Translations under genes and position numbers: made by a program
The notes under the pieces: generated by a model
Databases searched by the model: none
Told to the model about the DNA's origin: nothing
What the model saw: the letters and a program-made list of their open reading frames with translations, nothing else
In this document: one piece after another, positions 61,174 to 64,000 of the stretch
How positions within the stretch are numbered: the stretch's first letter is position 1
How the letters are laid out: each line of letters begins with the position of its first letter
NCBI RefSeq assembly: GCF_001194135.2
Contig: NC_068986.1
Coordinates: forward strand, 5,132,725-5,196,724
DNA: 64,000 bases
Reading direction: 5' to 3'
Source of the DNA: Octopus bimaculoides
Taxonomy: Eukaryota

Positions 61174-63454
61174 TCTCTATATATTATGAGTTTGATTAGG
61201 CATAGCAATACTGATAATGTGTTGTTAGAAGTCAATATACATATGCTTTAGAATGAAGTGTTAGGCAAGTGCAGAGCATAATACAAATTATTAAATGACA
61301 AAGGAATTACATAGTCAGCTTCATTAGCTTACAACTGTTTCTATTATAAGAAGCAGTGCACTCAGAGCTGAGTGCTTGTGCATCATCTTATAGCTTTCTC
61401 AGATCGTTTAAAAAGAAGTATATATTTATTTCAAAAGGCATTTAAATACATAGAAAATATTACCTTCAAAACAGTGTGTGTAAGGCAATACAATTTGAAG
61501 GAAGCCACCCTCAGAAATATGCAGACTAAGATAAACATATCTATTCACATAGGTGTATAATGAACATGCCACATAACTATTCGATGACAGGACATGTGTA
61601 CAACCATTAATTTCAGACAAAAAAAATAAGTCTATGAAGACTGGTAGACTAATAGATGCATGTAAAATACAATGCAAAAGGAAACCATCTAAATTCTGAT
61701 GGAAAAATATATTTTCTACCTTTGATGTGATGGCCTTACACAGATAAGGAGAGTGTATGGTTAAGTCATAAAACTGTGTGTATGCATATGTATACGTGTG
61801 TGTGTCTAAGTATGCATACATGCAGGTATCCTTGGATGTGTAAACAACTCTTTTGCTGTATGGGACATATAAGAGGACACTTTTCTCACCTCCTTCCTCC
61901 AGATGAAACCCTATGTTTGGTTTAGCTGGTGAAGATTTATAATCCTTCCCCTTCCCACACTGTCCTTTATATATCTACATATCTATACACCACACTGCCC
62001 CTACCTCTCCTGGATTGTCTGTCCTGTTTTCCACTTCTGCCCCCTGTAAGTCAATCTTTCTGCTGACCTCTGTCTTACATTTCAAATGGCAACAATAATT
62101 CCTGTACCAACACAGTTGTTTTCCCTTGTATCATTATACAAATACACTTGTTGTTATAACTGAACTACCATCCCACCCCACCTCCCAAGTCCCATTGGTC
62201 AGCTTGTATTTCCCAGGTATTTATATATGATGCTTGCATGTTTGTGAAATGAAATTTCAACTATGTCTGAGGATGAGTTTGGCATGACCGAGTGCTCTTT
62301 ATTTATCACATTTAGAATTTCCCATTATCAATTGCAAAAATGTGCATAACATATATGAAAGGAAAGAAATACCAAATTCATGCTATGTTTTTCTCTCACC
62401 AGTATGAGGGAAAAAAGGATAATAAAGCAAATGGAATGGCAAAGACAATGTTTGACAGATGTGTGTGTAAGTGTAGGAATGTGAAACATTTAAATAGCGA
62501 AGAATGGTTTAGACTAAAATATTGAAAAAAAAAAAGAGAAAATTTATGAGTTCTGTAGAAAGAAGAAAAGTGAAAGAAATAGGTTTTAAAAAATCACATA
62601 TATACATATATAAAATTATGAATATCGAAGTTTATGTTACTGAAAACAAAAGCAAGTTTTGTATTTAACATCAATTATGAAACAGATGCTTTATAAACAC
62701 TTTTATAATTAGCACTTTTTTTTACATTGATTTCTCGTATCTTTGCAAATCCTTTCAAATTATAGCTAACTTATTTCCATCACATAACTAACCTATGTCA
62801 ATCTATCAGACATTTTAGAATCTCTCATGGCACATTTTGCTTTAATTGTTGAACTTATTTAAATCCACTTATAATATATTTCAATATTATATATTCACCA
62901 AATCTTAACAACTTCTTAGTTACTAATGTTTGGTGTTTAATAATACCATACTAAAATGTATTCTGTAGTCACTTTTGTGTGTATGTCTGTCTGTGTATTA
63001 ACATTTAATACTATGGATGTATCCATTAAATTTGTAAGTATCTGGTTGATTTCTTTGCTATGAACTGATGTTTGTTGTCCATTGGTTTTGCATTGTATAT
63101 CCTGCATGAGTATTCTGTATAAACCATACTTACTCCACTCATTTACTCATCTTTTCTGTGCTTACTCATTAAACTCATTCATATTTATAGACACTCACTG
63201 GATTAAAAACATCCTTCATTTCATTACTGACCAATATGTACAATATGGATAATATGAAGTATCATTGAAGTACATTGTATTCATGTATTCACAAAACTAG
63301 TATTTAACAGAATAATTATGCATTTTATTCTTTATCAATTTCAAATGATGTATTCATTAAATAAACAATGACACAATGTTCTTTTCTATGTTCAGAATAT
63401 TTTGAATTATTTGAAATGAGTTTTAAGTGTTTTATTTCTTAATTTTATCTCTAG

Positions 63455-63547
63455 GAATTTGTCTTGAGAAAAGAGTTTTCTACCGCATGATTTCTGGACT
63501 TCATACAAGTATCAATATACATTTGTCTGCAAAATACTTATTTCCAG
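63455..63547 (+). CDS. ERO1L: ERO1-like exon ([31 protein letters not shown]); gene continues beyond the window
   Basis: 93 nt, phase 1/1, ttttatctctAG / CAG|GTAACT; [15 protein letters not shown] is the conserved ERO1 FAD-binding helix. Confidence 0.96.
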
Positions 63548-64000
63548 GTAACTACAGAATTTTATACTGATTTGAAACCAATGCCAACATTATGTTGGTA
63601 AAGTTTCTATTAAAAAGATAGCTTTCATATCACCATTTGTACTACTAGCATTATTTCTTCAAAGTTTATGGTTTTTGTGACTTTGATATGTAAATTTCCT
63701 TTCATTAGGGATCTAAAAGTAAATTTGTCATAAATGTCTTGTGTAGCCAGAGTAAGAAACTCCAATCGGGTACCTGTTTTGCAATATTATCTGATATCTT
63801 AATAAGTTTATATCTTAGATCTGTGATTACATTGATACTCACTGTTACATTTACACTGTATCTGTCAGTCACTTGACTACCACCTTCTCACAACAATAAA
63901 CCTGTTCTTCCCATCCTATTTTTACTCCTCAACACTTTCCTAAAAGCACCAACCTCTCTCTCTCCTATCCTCAACCTTCCATCAGTTGGCTCTGCTGTCC

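Overview
AT-rich, microsatellite- and repeat-dense metazoan genomic DNA. The repeat families and gene style point to an octopus/coleoid cephalopod; this is inference, not verified. Two housekeeping genes sit head-to-head around a ~0.5 kb shared promoter region at ~22.5-23.0 kb. NDUFAF7 (mitochondrial complex I assembly arginine methyltransferase) is on the minus strand; I reconstructed four coding exons by hand and the rest probably lies left of the window. An ERO1-like ER oxidoreductin is on the plus strand with ten coding exons, including a 15-nt microexon, and runs off the right edge. Nearly everything else is intron filled with transposable elements: a full-length Tc1-type element with DD36E spacing, a full-length decayed piggyBac, hAT fragments, RTE-clade LINE fragments and many 5'-truncated RTE 3' ends, several tRNA-derived SINE families, TTAA- and TA-flanked MITEs and a Helentron-like non-autonomous element. 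The most unusual object is a tRNA-headed (Pol III box A/B) short element whose tail carries a Penelope-type minimal hammerhead ribozyme. It occurs as a head-to-head fold-back pair in ERO1 intron 1, and a second tail-only palindrome folds back almost exactly at the predicted cleavage site. Most ORFs in the supplied track are spurious (microsatellite or antisense-repeat frames). Four 10-N assembly gaps are present. All alignments to known families are from memory and by eye; no searches were run.
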